Shown: positions 23,245 to 36,416, counted from the stretch's first letter. The stretch: 64,000 nucleotides of DNA from Macrostomum lignano (GCA_002269645.1 NIVC01000067.1:1065214-1129213); one strand, 5' to 3'. Program-made: numbers and translations. Notes: generated by a model not told the origin, from the sequence alone.

Positions 23245-23905
23245 TACCAGGGGTATCCCAAAAGTTCGTGCAATCGATCGATTTCCACCATAGACATCGC
23301 TCTAGTGGCTGCAGCTGTCACTATAGCTGCCCTGCCCTCCAATAATTTCCTGCGCACTTGAACTATTTGCCCTTTTCTTATCGTCACCACCGCAATTCTC
23401 CTCATCACTGTTTTCCTTCCTTGGCCGACGTCGCGGTAATGGGAGATGACCCGCAGAACAAGCAGCGGTGTTACATTAAAACTTAATGGCTGCAAGGAAC
23501 GCCAACTGCACAAGTTCACTGGCGACTTGTAGACGCGTATGGCAAAGATGCACTGTGCTAGCGCGCTGTGTACAAGTGGTAGGTGGCATAAGAGCGGCTG
23601 CACTTCGAACCTGGACGAGCCGAGATCTGGGAGATCCCGGGCAGTGCAGACCAAGAGCAACGTCGAGCTCATCTGTGGTTTGCTGGCAGAGCTTAGTGGA
23701 ATTCTTTCATCCAGCATCCACCGAATTCTCACAGAGGACTTGAGGTCGCCTGTATCAATGCCTGAACGAGCTCTTTAACGAGATCGTCCGACTTTTGAAA
23801 CACCAGGGTGATTCGGGTGCTGCAGAGGGCATTCAGAAGTTGCCCGAGTGCTTGGGATGAACCATCGCATTCCTTGCATCCTACTCGTATTTTGAATCCC
23901 TGTGA
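23245..23905 (+). mobile_element. Internally deleted Tc1/mariner relic
   Basis: TA followed by CCAGGGGTATCCCAAAAGTTCGTGCAA (mariner-like left TIR). Decayed N-terminal HTH: QRCYIK..QGTPTAQVHWRLVDAYGKDAL and LDEPRSGRSR..SGILSSSIHRILTEDL. C-terminus-like EGIQKLPE..YFES. The DD34D core is missing and the right TIR was not found. Confidence 0.72.
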
Positions 23906-23914
23906 AAAATCAAC

Positions 23915-25790
23915 TTCCTGTTGTCCGACACTAAAGTCCATGGCAGGCCCTGGCGCGCGAAGATCTCGCGGAGACAGCCGATTGTCGTGGTCGACGTCAT
24001 GCTGGTCAGCTGCTTCATCTCCGGCCACTTGCTGTCCGCGTCGATAAGCACCAGAAAAGTGCGTCCGTCCACTGGCCCAGCAAAGTCGACGTGCAGTCTG
24101 GACCATGGCTCGGATGGGAAGGGCCATGGGTGCACTGGCGAATTGGGTGGATCAGCCCGGCTGGTTTCACATGCTCTGACGTCCAGCCCAGGCCACCACA
24201 CGTAGCTGCATGCGCGCGAGCGCTCCCATGCGGCTAGCCCCAGGATGTCGAGCTTAATGCAGTACGCAGAGGACCATCGGGCGGAGTGCGGACGGAACGA
24301 AGGCCCTCGATCCCGAGAATCTTGGAAGAACAGGCACTTGGCCTTGTTTAGTCGAAGGCCAGCGTCCTGAAGACGCTGCAGCACTCTAGTTAGGTTCTGT
24401 TTGTGCTGCTTGCCTGTGACGAGAATGTCGTCGACGAACACCTTGTCGTCTCAATAGATCACCCAATAGCGCTTGCAGAGTACGCTGGAAGATGGCGCTG
24501 GCCGAGTTAATGCCGAAGGGCAGTCTATTGAGTTGAAACAAGACTCTCGATGTTTTGATGACTAGGTAGGCACGGCTCCCCTCGGACATTGGCAGCTGCA
24601 AAAACGCGTTCGATAAGTCGAGTTTTGTCTATTTGCATCTTAATAATCTGCTTGACGAAGATGTCCTCTAATCCGTGGCAATGGATAGTGCTCAGGCTTG
24701 GCCGCGGCGTTGAAGGTGAACTTTGTATTCGCCGCAAATGCAAATATCGCCGTTTGCCTTCACCACCGGGATGATTGGAGCAGCCCAGTTTGAATTCTTG
24801 ATCTGCGATGATGCCCTTGGCCTCGAGTCGTATCAGCTCCTCGTCCTCTCGTCATCAGTGATTACGGCACATGGCCTGGCCTTGAAGAATCGTGGCATGG
24901 CCTGCTCGTCCACCTGCAGTTTGACTTCGCCGTGGCGATACCACCCAAGTCCGTCAGCGAAGACTTCAGAGAACTGCTGCATCACTAGGGGTTGCGGAGC
25001 TGGAGCTGACTGAGTTGACCTGAGCCACGAGCCTGGATGTGATACCACCCAATCCGTCAGCGAAGACTTCAGAGAGCTAGCTGCTGCATCAGGTGGTTGC
25101 GGAGCTGGAGCTGACTGAGTTGACCTGAGCCATGATTGCCTGCCAGTCCAACCTTAGTCGAGCCATCCAATCTCGTCCAAGAAGATCGACATTGGGTCTT
25201 TTCATATTACCAATTCCAGAACCAGAATCGGTTCGGAATTCCAAGAAAAACAGCAGTATAACTATTAAACTCTGTTCATATTTGACTGCCTTAACAACCT
25301 AACTTAGCACAATTTTTCACTTTCTTCTTGGCGATTGTCATTCAATAATAAAAACTTTATAGCACGTATCTCCCTCTAGTTATGGAGACAAAAAGTTATA
25401 CTTCACAAATTGGTTCTGGTTCTGGAACCAGAGCAAGCAATATGAAAAGGCCCATTGCCCTGAGAGACACGAGCGGTGGAAGAATTTGGTTCTAGCCGTT
25501 ATAACTCACAGAGACCCTTGAATCGCCCAGCAGTTTGAACTGCTCGTTGGGGTACGTGCGCATGAGCACCATCGTGGTGGACTGTATAGGCAAGTCCTGG
25601 AAGCCTCTCGTCCGCCAACCTCTTCCCGCCAATCAACGTGATGGCTGACCCGGTGTCTAGTTCAAACGGACAACTGCGACCGTCGATATCTAGCGTTACC
25701 GTCAGGGATCGGTTTGATCGAGGTCCAACGGAAAGAATCCCGAGCAGCAAAATTACATATCCAATAGAAAGTTCGACGTCTCCGATACGT
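23915..25790 (-). mobile_element. Degenerate Ty3/gypsy LTR-retrotransposon pol fragment (protease, RT, integrase; RNase H region deleted)
   Basis: Protease FELDTGSAITLI; GNVDLLGRDWMARL; RT PVVKANGDICICG..HYPLPRI..KLDLSNAFLQL..RLPFGINSASAIFQR..FVDDILVTG; integrase SYVWWPGLD..HPWPFPSEPWSRLHVDFAGP..FLVLIDADSKWPE..FARQGLP..LVSDN. Multiple frameshifts; LTRs not identified. Confidence 0.9.
25194..25453. mobile_element. 260-bp MITE, PIF/Harbinger-like, inserted in the gypsy relic
   Basis: TIRs GGG(T/C)CTTTTCATATT (14/15 match) plus subterminal TTCCAGAACCAGAA; 3-bp TSD ATT at 25191-25193 and 25454-25456. Removing it restores the gypsy frame QGNVDLLGRDW. Confidence 0.8.
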
Positions 25791-26537
25791 AACTTTTTGG
25801 TTGCAGGAACGTCCCTGATACGTATCCAATTTTTATGATCCTCTAGAAAGGCTCGTTTCTACAAAAATGGTGGAATAAAAAATAAAAAATAATACGAGCA
25901 TCATCTGTTTACCACCTGACTCTCACCGGAGTCAGAAAATGTCAGACTAGCGCTCGCGTCTCGCGTTGATGAACCACCCGGTTTGTTTGATTTTTACGAC
26001 GTGACTTGTGCCCTGGAATGTCTTGTAATTTTAGCGGCAATTTGATTTGCACCGACAAAAAAACTTTAATTAATTTATCGTAACGTAATAAAGTGTTTCA
26101 AATCTGACGTCTGAATCTGAGAACTGACCAGGCCACTCCTTACTCCACTCTAAGATGATTTAAGAATAAGCTAGGCCTATGCTATATCAATTTAAGCTCA
26201 TGTTCATGTAAAAAGCAGCAGTACGGTCAGGACTTCGCTCGCTGGCACCACTAGGGAATTTGCAAGCGACAAGCTTTGATTAATATTAATAAAATCCACC
26301 TGTCCCCTACCTATACAACTCTACATAGGCCTACGTTCCTCAGACTCAGAGAATGTACTCAGGCAACAGAGTCTAAGTTTGCTGTGATTTTTATTGCCTA
26401 TTGGCCTACTATCAATTTTCAACTCTTCAATTATAATAATAATAGTAAACCTAGATCTTTTTTAATTTTTTTAACACCTGAATGGCTGAATTTATTTAAT
26501 GTATATGTATTAAATTAGAAATAAATAGGTGGAGACA

Positions 26538-29500
26538 ATGGAAAAGTCAAAGCAGACTACACGAAAAGATGAAAATGGTCTTGAGGTAAGAGCAAAATTT
26601 ATACCTTGACTAGATTGCCTTTATATTGATTGACTTAAACTAGGGGCCTATGTTATGCCATCTAGCTAGATGTATGAATGAGTAAAAATTTTAGCCATTT
26701 TAATCATTTTTATAGTGGGATAATTGTGGTTATTAGTAGGCCCTATAGTATGGGCTATTGATTTAATCTAACTGAACATTTTATATTTTATTTCTAGATG
26801 AGGATCAGGATTATGTAGTAGTATATACCAAATCAAGAATCTTATCTCAGCTAAATGTATGCCAATGTATGTCAAAAACAAAAAAGTATCTAAAATGTAT
26901 GCCATAAGTTCTTTTTTAAAAAGGTCATTTGGTTTTCAAAAGTAGAGATTCCTAAGAAAGGCTTTCATATAAAGAGTTTTTTTAAATATAAATATTTTCA
27001 TTTTAAACAAACTTAGATTATACCTATAGAAAGAATGAATGCAAAATTCACATTCTTAGCAATAGTTTATACTAATTTTGTTCATTGTTGATTTTAAAGA
27101 AGCAATAGTTTATTATCAGTTCCGAGTCACTTCGTCATTTGCCATTTCGTCATCTGGGGTGTCTGGGGTGCTCACCTCGACTAGGGTCACTTTGTCATCT
27201 TAATTTGCATGCACTACCTCAAGAGAGTCATTTCATCGTCTACTAATCATAGTAGTTTCAACTTCCTAGTGAATTTATGTTGCAATTAAACATATTTACT
27301 TGGAATCCTAATGATACCAGTCATTTTGTCATCTCGATTGATAAAACCTGTCAATCTATTGGTTCTGCTTGCCGCAGCTTATATGCGTAATTAATAAAGA
27401 CAAAAATAGTTTACACTAACTCAAATCTCACACAGATTGATGGGTTGATGACAAAGTATCCAGCATAAATAAATATTTGGTCATTTTGTAATATTATTTT
27501 TTCAAAGCTACTTTGCTTCTGGTCACTTCGTCATCCAATATGACGAAATGGAATATAACAATCTGACCAGTGACCTTATAATTATCAAATTTTTAGACTA
27601 TATAAATTTTCCTTTATTTTGTACTCATATAAAAACATTAATTTACATAACAATTTTAATGCTCGGCATAAAAAGACTAGAAAATTTAAGTACATAGATT
27701 TTAAAATGAAGACTTTAAAAAAAGACAATAACTAAATAATTAATCCCATATATTTATATGAAACCAATAAGCCAGAATTGGATTTTTATATAAAATCCTA
27801 GGCCCTAGCCATACTTTGGATCATATAGCCATTATAGGCCCTAGTATATACCCCAAAATTTGGGCATGCATCAGCCTTGCATATGAATAGTTAGGCATGC
27901 ACAATTAGTATATATATAGTATATTTAGATTATTCCAAAAAAACAATGTGCATACATATCTAGTGTATATACATACCAGGTGTGCACTTTATAGAATCAC
28001 ATAAAATATTTAGTTGAAGTGGACAAAAGATTGAAAAGTTCATTTTAAGGCATTAATTTCAAGCTTTCCAGTTTTTAAGCTCATAAAAAGGCATTTTAAC
28101 AAATGTTTGTACATGTCATGTTTTTAAAAATTCAACCAAATTATTAGCCAAAAGGGTCTTTTATACAGAAAGGTAATTTATTATTGCAATCCTAGCCTAT
28201 AGATTTGAGAGTATGGGCATGCCATGTATCCAAATTTTTTTGGTATGCATTTGTAACTATTTAATTTTTGTTTAAGTGTGCACCTAGCATGATTTAAACT
28301 ATAGAATTACAGATATATTCCATGTACTATGACAAAAATTGTGCATTTGCACACACATATTTGGCAATTTTGAGTGACTCTAAAAGGTTTATATATAGAT
28401 TTTATTTGTTTAAAAAATTTGAATGATTTCTTTTGAAAATATTGAATATTGCATTTGTTGCAATAAAACATAGTTATTGCATTGAAAAGCAAAGCCATTA
28501 AGCATTACATTGACATCAAAAGATATTTATAAAATTTATTTTTATGTATTTGTTTAAACTTTATAAGAAATTTTAAAAATTAACCATTTTTGTCAAAATT
28601 TATGAAATATCTAAACTACACATATTTATACTTTTAAAAGTTGATTGAAGCCTAAATACTGCCTCTGTTAATGTTCATAATTAATTGTAACAAAAATACA
28701 AGTAAAATGTATGAACATTTAACATAGAAATAATAAATAAACAAAGAAAAGAAAAAGAAAATAACAACAGTGTAATAATAGAAAAGTATTAAGTTCTTTA
28801 AAACAAACTTTTTTAGGCACTAACAATTTTTTTGTCTTTTTTCAACTTGTATGGTATTAAATGTTGTTTTAGAGCATTATAACTATGTAAGATTTTATTG
28901 CTCTGCTATAAAGCATTTCTTATGCTTTTTGTAGGTGTCATGATTTGCTGTAAAAGTTTTTGTATTGGTCTAATCAAATTTTACATTATTTTTATTTTTT
29001 TCAGTTTTAAGGTGGAGACTTTTTGTGTTCTGTTTTGATGGAAATACCCAGATAATATATAGATACCAGCAGTATTTGGCACTTAATGAAAATCTTAACT
29101 TGTACTAATGGCAAAAGCATTAGCATTAGAACAAAAATATTAACTCATTAACTCTTAATTTCATTAAGTTAACTGAAAGTCAACTGATAATTATTAAATG
29201 TTAATCTGTTAAAGTTAACACAGTTAATATAGAAATCTTGCACTTCTTTTCAAAGCAGACTTCACAATGCATTGTCTTTGTTTTGTATTTTTTTTAGCAA
29301 AACACAGAGGTCATCCTTTGAGGTCGAGGTTGTTCTTAAAATCTTTGCATCTTTTGGTCATTGACATTATCATTTATGTTAAAAATTAATTTATCATTAA
29401 CTTACAAAATTATTAATGCAAATTCATTAATCCATTAGTGAGAAAATCTTAATGGCAGTCCAATAATGTCAATGAAAAATCTTCACACTTATCAGTGCTT

Positions 29501-32500
29501 ATTAGCAGATTAATGCTTATTAACAAACTGGTGCCCAACACTGGATACTAGTGCCAAGATTGTGTACCAGTGTATGCCAGAATGAAATTTGCTTCCCTAT
29601 CTTCTTTAGCTAGTTTGTCAAGGCTTATGCAATATAAGATTTCAAAATCTATGGGCTTTTAAGGTTTATAACATAGGTTGTAGGTAAGAAATTTTTCAAT
29701 GCTAAAGAGATTAAATATTTTTAAAAAATTGTATTTTTTAAATAATCATGATTTGGGTAAAAATTAGCTGACTGAATTCTAAGATTTTAATGGGATGATA
29801 GCTTTTAATCATCAGTTTATTGGCTAAATTGTGACTCCAACTTTAATTGTGTCTTTATAAAATAAGATTCTCTTGCCATATGGTAGCATAGCACAAGATT
29901 GCATTGCAACTTTATTATATTAGACTTAATTTAAATTGTTACCATGTAGTTGCACACTAACTTGACTGACTGACTAAGAAATTGGTTATGTTATAGCTGC
30001 CTACTATAAATTTTTTACTTAAACTGACTTGATATGAGAACAATTTTATAACTGATAAAAATCCAGTGTTGGGCAGTTACTCAAAAAAGTAACTTGCATT
30101 ACTGTAACTTAAGTTACCAATTTTTAAAAAGTAACTTATGTTAGCCTAGTAACTTTAGACAAAAACCTGGTAACTTTTAAGTTACTGTCCGTTACTCACT
30201 TCCGTTACCCATGTTATTAACAAAATTTTCTGCTTTTTTCACATTGCACATTTTTTCACATTGTTGTTACCAAAATTTGCCATTGGGCATTGGGATTAAC
30301 CGATTACCAGACAGAGACAGGAATTGGCAACACAATGTGAGGCAAGTAGAAGGACCAATGGGCAATGGCAATCAATAATTAAAATTATAAATGATAAAAT
30401 AAACAAATATCAATAATTCAATAGAGTAAAATAAATAGAACTGTATAAAATGGTGTATTGTACTGCAGTGCCAGTGGAGGGACTTGTGGAGGCTACAGAT
30501 GAATTTCTTTCTTTGGTTGTTTGTTTGAATCAAACTTGAAAAGTTTTAGTAACAAAAATGAAAGGCAAAAATATTTTACCGAAATTAACAAAGTAAAACA
30601 TGTTTCAAGTATTTTTCATTAATTAAGCGCAATACCATATGATACTATTCACTTAATTTTGAATTTAGGAATGAAAAATGCAAAAACATGTGACAACCGG
30701 CGTAATAGCTAAGCATTTCAGTTTTAAATTTAAATATTGCAATTGTTGCAAAGTTACTGTAACGGACTTCTGAAATTTGAGTAACTTACCGTTACTCCGT
30801 TACTAAAATAAAAAAGTAACTTGCGTAAGGAACGCTTTACGAAAAAGTAACTTGCATTACCATTTGCAAGTTACTTGGTAACGGAAGTGCCCAACACTGT
30901 AAAAATCATGTCATTGGTTAATCAGGAACTAGCCTAAATGTTTATAGGCAGTCTGTGTTTTAGCTTTGATTTTTTAAAGTTTTTTAAAACTCAAAATGTA
31001 CTTAACAAACCTAAATAAATGAATATAACAAGTATATGGGTAAGTAAATGTGGTAAGCCACTATAATATAGACAATGGTTGGTGAAATGTCATTTATCAA
31101 ATGGGAAACCACATGTTCACACTAGCTGGGATTTACACTAACCCTTCAATTTTATCAGACTTTTTTCTTCACTATTGTAGAGTCTGGCCGAAGTGTTCAG
31201 CTGCTTCATCTGCATGGAGCGACTCCGGGATGCCAGACTCTGTCCACACTGCTCTAAGCTGTGCTGCTTTGTCTGCATCTGTGTAAGCGAACAGTAATTC
31301 ATTTTGTATGTTCAACTTTTAATTAATGCAGTTTTTAGCTTGGAAATATTGGGAAAGTTGGGGGCCCACTTTTTCATTTAGAAATTCCCGAAAGCTTTCA
31401 AGAATGTTGATCGCTAATGAACAGCGATCTGCTTTTAGCAAGCCTGCATTATCTGTCCTTAAGTGCAGTTGTTATGAAATTTTGATGGCAGCATAAGGCC
31501 GCATGTTAATTTACCATTCCAGCGTTGGATCACCGAACAGAGGCCTCAGTGTCCGCATTGCAGGTAAATAGACGCTTATATTTAAATAATTTATTATTCT
31601 AAGGAAGCAAGAGTAAGTAGCTCAGTGGGTGCCTCGTCAGCCTTGAGCCTGTGTACATATCCGTGCTCTGGGGTCAACGGAATGGACATGCAGACTGCTT
31701 GCTTCCTCGCTGACTGTTGTCCTTGATTTGCTAAGCAGCCTATTATGGCTCTTATTGATTGGCACTATAATGTAATTGGACTTGTTTCAGAGCCCGCCTA
31801 CGCATCCAGGATCTAGTGAAGTGCCGCTGGGCTGATGACGTCACCTCTCAGCTGGACCAGCTGCAGAATCAGCCGCCAAATTCGGCCCGTTCAGCTTCCA
31901 GCGGAGCCTCGACGTCCAGCGTAGGCGGCGCCGTGGGCGGCAGCGGCGGCGCCGGTCCCGACAGCGGCGCTGTTAGCGGCGGCGCTACGGCCAGCGATCA
32001 GTGCGAGTCGCACAAAGAGAAACTGTCAGTATTCTGCCAGTCCTGCCAGCTGTCGGTGTGTCACAAGTGCGCCCTATTCGATGCCAGACACGCGCAGCAC
32101 AAGTTCGAGCCGCTAGACAGCGTCTACGAGAATCACGTCAGGCGCGTGCAGGAACGGGTGGATCAGCTGAAACGACGCAATATGGAATTGACGGCTATGA
32201 TACAGGAAGTTGTGAGTTGGTCAAAAAATGTCAAGTTAAACTACTCTCGATTCAGTAGTATGCTGTAATAATTGCACTTTATCCAGATCTCTTATCAGCG
32301 CGACTGATTCGTCAGTGGCCAATAATAATAATAAAAATTATTATTTATTACTTGCCAGCCTATACTTCTGTTAGTAGAAATAGGAGTAAAACAGAAAGAA
32401 AAAAATGATTTTTAATTAGTTATATAGTTGATTATAGTAAATATACGTTTTTTTGTCCTTTTTATCTATACAATTTGATTAAATTTTCCAGGAAAAGAAC

Positions 32501-35500
32501 ATGGAGTCGGTGAAACAGGCCAAGGACGAACGGGTTCGAGAGATTCGCAACGCAGTCGAACTGATGATCACCCGGCTGGATAGCCAGCTCAAGGCTAAGC
32601 TGGTCACATTAATGACCCAACGGAATCATCTAGTGCAGGAGACTGAACTGCTCGAGGCTCTGCTCAATCAGGTTGAATACAAGGTCTGCATGCTGTCTAA
32701 GAGTCAATTAATAACAAAATCTGCCGAAATTCTCACCTTGTTCAACGAGATTCACAGGTAATGACAAATATATAAAAAAGTACTCAACCTTATTTAGCAA
32801 ACTTTTCCTGTGCAATTCTGTTTTGGATACTCAAATTTATTTGTAACGAGGGTGATAAACCACCTGTCACGAGGTAGGGCTAATACTCGTACCCCTCTCA
32901 CCAGGTAGCGCTATGACCCGTGTCACCAGGTAGGGCTATGACCCGTGTCACCAGGTAGGGCTATGACCCGTGTCACCAGGTAGGGCTATGACCCCTGTCA
33001 CCAGGTAGGGCTATGACCCCTGTCACCAGGTAGGGCTATGACCCCTGTCACCAGGTAGGGCTATGACCCCTGTCACCAGGTAGCGCTATGACCCGTGTCA
33101 CCAGGTAGGGCTATGACCCGTGTCACCAGGTAGGGCTATGACCCCTGTCACCAGGTAGCGCTATGACCCGTGTCACCAGGTAGGGCTATGACCCCTGTCA
33201 CCAGGTAGGGCTATGACCCCTGTCACCAGGTAGGGCTATGACCCCTGTCACCAGGTAGCGCTATGACCCGTGTCACCAGGTAGGGCTATGACCCCTGTCA
33301 CCAGGTAGGGCTATGACCCCTGTCACCAGGTAGCGCTATGACCCGTGTCACCAGGTAGGGCTATGACCCGTGTCACCAGGTAGGGCTATGACCCCTGTCA
33401 CCAGGTAGTGCTATGACCCCTGTCACCAGGTAGCGCTATGACCCGTGTCACCAGGTAGGGCTATGACCCCCGTCACCAAGTCGAGCTATGACCCCTGTCA
33501 CCAGGTAGGGCTATGACCCCCGTCACCAAGTCGAGCTAGGATAACTAGAATAATAAAAATTCTCCCCCCAACAGACAGCCAATGGGCAGTTTCGTGAGCG
33601 CCCCAGTGCCGGCCGAATTCCAATCGGAGATTGTGCCCCAGTACGACAGCAGCACGTTTCGCATGGAACAGTTCAGCCAGCTGCAGCAGAGAGCAGATCC
33701 AGTATATAGCGATCCGCTGCTGGTTAGCGGCCTGAGCTGGCGTCTGAAAGTCTATCCTGATGGCAATGGAGTTGTGCGTGGCAACTACCTGTCAGTGTTT
33801 CTAGAGCTCACTGCCGGCCTGCCAGAGACTAGCAAATACGAATATCGAGTAGAGATGGTGCACCAGCAGTCTCGCGATCCTACTAGGAATATTGTCCGCG
33901 AATTCGCGTCTGACTTCGATATTGGAGAATGCTGGGGCTATAATCGGTTCTTTCGATTGGACTTGCTCAGCAGCGAGGGATATTTGGATAGTGACTGCCT
34001 GTTGCTCAGATTTCAGGTGAGCATGAGCTGGTATTTAGTCACTTTTTATATTCAGTGACTCTCCTGCATTCCCTAGCTGTCATATTCAGTGACTCTCCTG
34101 CATTCCCTAGCTGTCATATTCAGTGACTCTCCTGCATTCCCTAGCTGTCATATTCAGTGACTCTCCTGCATTCCCCAGCTGTCATATTCAGTGACTCTCC
34201 TGCATTCCCTAGCTGTCATATTCAGTGACTCCCCTGCATTCCCTAGCTGTCATATTCAGTGACTCTCCTGCATTCCCTAGCTGTCATATTCAGTGACTCT
34301 CCTGCATTCCCTAGCTGTCATATTCAGTGACTCTCCTGCATTCCCTAGCTGTCATATTCAGTGACTCTCCTGCATTCCCTAGCTGTCATATTCAGTGACT
34401 CTCCTGCATTCCCTAGCTGTCATATTCAGTGACTCTCCTGCATTCCCTAGCTGTCATATTCAGTGACTCTCCTGCATTCCCTAGCTGTCATATTCAGTGA
34501 CTCTCCTGCATTCCCTAGCTGTCATATTCAGTGACTCTCCTGCATTCCCTAGCTGTTATATTCAGTGACTCTCCTGCATTCCCTAGCTGTCATATTCAGT
34601 GACTCTCCTGCATTCCCTAGCTGTCATATTCAGTGACTCTCCTGCATTCCCTAGCTGTCATATTCAGTGACTCTCCTGCATTCCCTAGCTGTCATATTCA
34701 GTGACTCTCCTGCATTCCCTAGCTGTCATATTCAGTGACTCTCCTGCATTCCCTAGCTGTTATATTCAGTGACTCTCCTGCATTCCCTAGCTGTCATATT
34801 CAGTGACTCCTGCATTCCCCAGCTGTCATATTCAGTGACTCTCGTGCATTCCCTAGCTGTCATATTCAGTGACTCCTGCATTCCCTAGCTGTCATATTCA
34901 GTGACTCTCCTGCATTCCCTAGCTGTCATATTCAGTGACTCCTGCATTCCCTAGCTGTTATATTCAGTGACTCTCCTGCATTCCCTAGCTGTTATATTCA
35001 GTGACTCCTGCATTCCCCAGCTGTCATATTCAGTGACTCTCCTGCATTCCCTAGCTGTCATATTCAGTGACTCTCCTGCATTCCCTAGCTGTTATATTCA
35101 GTGACTCTCCTGCATTCCCTAGCTGTCATATTCAGTGACTCCTGCATTCCCCAGCTGTCATATTCAGTGACTCTCGTGCATTCCCTAGCTGTCATATTCA
35201 GTGACTCCTGCATTCCCTAGCTGTCATATTCAGTGACTCCTGCATTCCCTAGCTGTCATATTCAGTGACTCTCCTGCATTCCCTAGCTGTCATATTCAAT
35301 GACTCTGCATCCTCTTCCCCATCCCGCTAAAGCTACAAAGCAAATCTCTCCATAATCGCCGAAACGCCGCAGGTTCGACCGCCCACCTACCAGCAAAAAT
35401 GCCGCGACCTCACCTGGTACGTGGCCCAATTGGAGTCTGCCCAGGATCAGCAGCTGAGCACCATCGCCCAGCTCCAGGAGCGTCTGGCTTTATCTGCTCG

Positions 35501-36416
35501 ATCTGTCGCCTCCAGCACCGCGGGAGGCACCGCCGCCGCCGCCGCTGCTTCGACGTCCGTCGCCTCCTCCAGCCAGCAGCAGCAGCAGCCGCTGCCGCCG
35601 CCCTATCCGCCTCCCAGCGACCTTCCTCGCCGGCCCGCGTTGAACCGGTACTCTGCTGTATCTGGCGCTGCTGCCGCCGCTGCCGCCGAAACTCCGGTAA
35701 GCGATGACGCCGCCGAAGCCGAAGTCGACGATGTTGACGCTGGGGACCGTCTAGACGTCAGACGAGACGATGAAGAGGACAGCGTCGATGATTTGCTGGA
35801 AACGCCGGCGTCGATGGCCGGCTTTAGTTATTCTTTAGACATGTACCGGTCCATCGATGGCACGGACGGCGATGATGATGATGATGAGGAGGAAGCTGAC
35901 GATGATGATGCCCTATCCGATACGCCATACCGTAATCCCAATAGAAGACCAGACGAAGAAAGAAAGGAGGACAACCCCCAAGTGCCATCTTTATCGCTTC
36001 AAAGAAGGTTCATCGCAGATTTGCATGATGACATCAGCGAAGTTCTGTCATCCGCCGCCGTCGCCGGCTCTATCGATTTAGCGGAGAACGACATCGACGA
36101 GGAGGTCAACCTGTGCGACAATGATGTCGAAGCTACCTCTAGGCCGGCGTTGTCGGCGGCAATGGCGTCGGCGTCCAGTGTCGCAGTCGATGGCGGCGAC
36201 GCCGCCGGTGACATCACTTCGCCGTCGGAGTCGCCCGATTTAATCGGCGGCGGCTTCGTGGACTCGTTTGTCGCCATGTGGCCACGGCCGCCAGTGTCAA
36301 CGTTGACGTCCGCCGAGATGTCGGCCGACGCTGATTCGAATTGGCGGCCGACGCCGCCGATGCAGCAGCAGCAGCAGCAGAGCCAGAAACCGCCGCAGGC
36401 TGACGGTGCTAAGTAG
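26538..36416 (+). CDS. TRIM37: E3 ubiquitin ligase TRIM37 (RING, B-box, coiled coil, MATH, acidic tail)
   Basis: Exons 26538-26585 (first exon tentative, [16 protein letters not shown]), 31181-31282, 31523-31563, 31791-32211, 32492-32757, 33575-34016 and 35373-36416 join in frame. Motifs: [43 protein letters not shown]; B-box [12 protein letters not shown]; [28 protein letters not shown]; [43 protein letters not shown]. Confidence 0.95.
29070..29543. mobile_element. 474-bp hAT-type MITE in TRIM37 intron 1
   Basis: Ends CAGTATTTGGCAC ... GTGCCCAACACTG; 8-bp TSD GATACCAG/GATACTAG (7/8 match). Confidence 0.7.
30064..30899. mobile_element. 836-bp hAT-type MITE in TRIM37 intron 1
   Basis: Perfect TIR CAGTGTTGGGCA..TGCCCAACACTG; perfect 8-bp TSD TAAAAATC (30056-30063 and 30900-30907); clustered GTAAC/GTTAC subterminal motifs. 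Confidence 0.88.
32870..33540. repeat. 25-bp intronic minisatellite (GTCACCAGGTAGGGCTATGACCCCT), ~25 copies
   Basis: Direct reading. Confidence 0.95.
34028..35305. repeat. 34-bp intronic minisatellite (ATATTCAGTGACTCTCCTGCATTCCCTAGCTGTC; some 32-bp units), ~37 copies
   Basis: Direct reading. Confidence 0.95.

Noticed and set aside
27115-27580. Inverted CCATTTCGTCA/TGACGAAATGG motifs suggesting another MITE
   Set aside because: Termini are too decayed and no TSD could be identified.
32870-35305. Regular repeats resembling CRISPR arrays
   Set aside because: Units are head-to-tail with no unique spacers, sit in spliceosomal introns, and there are no cas genes.
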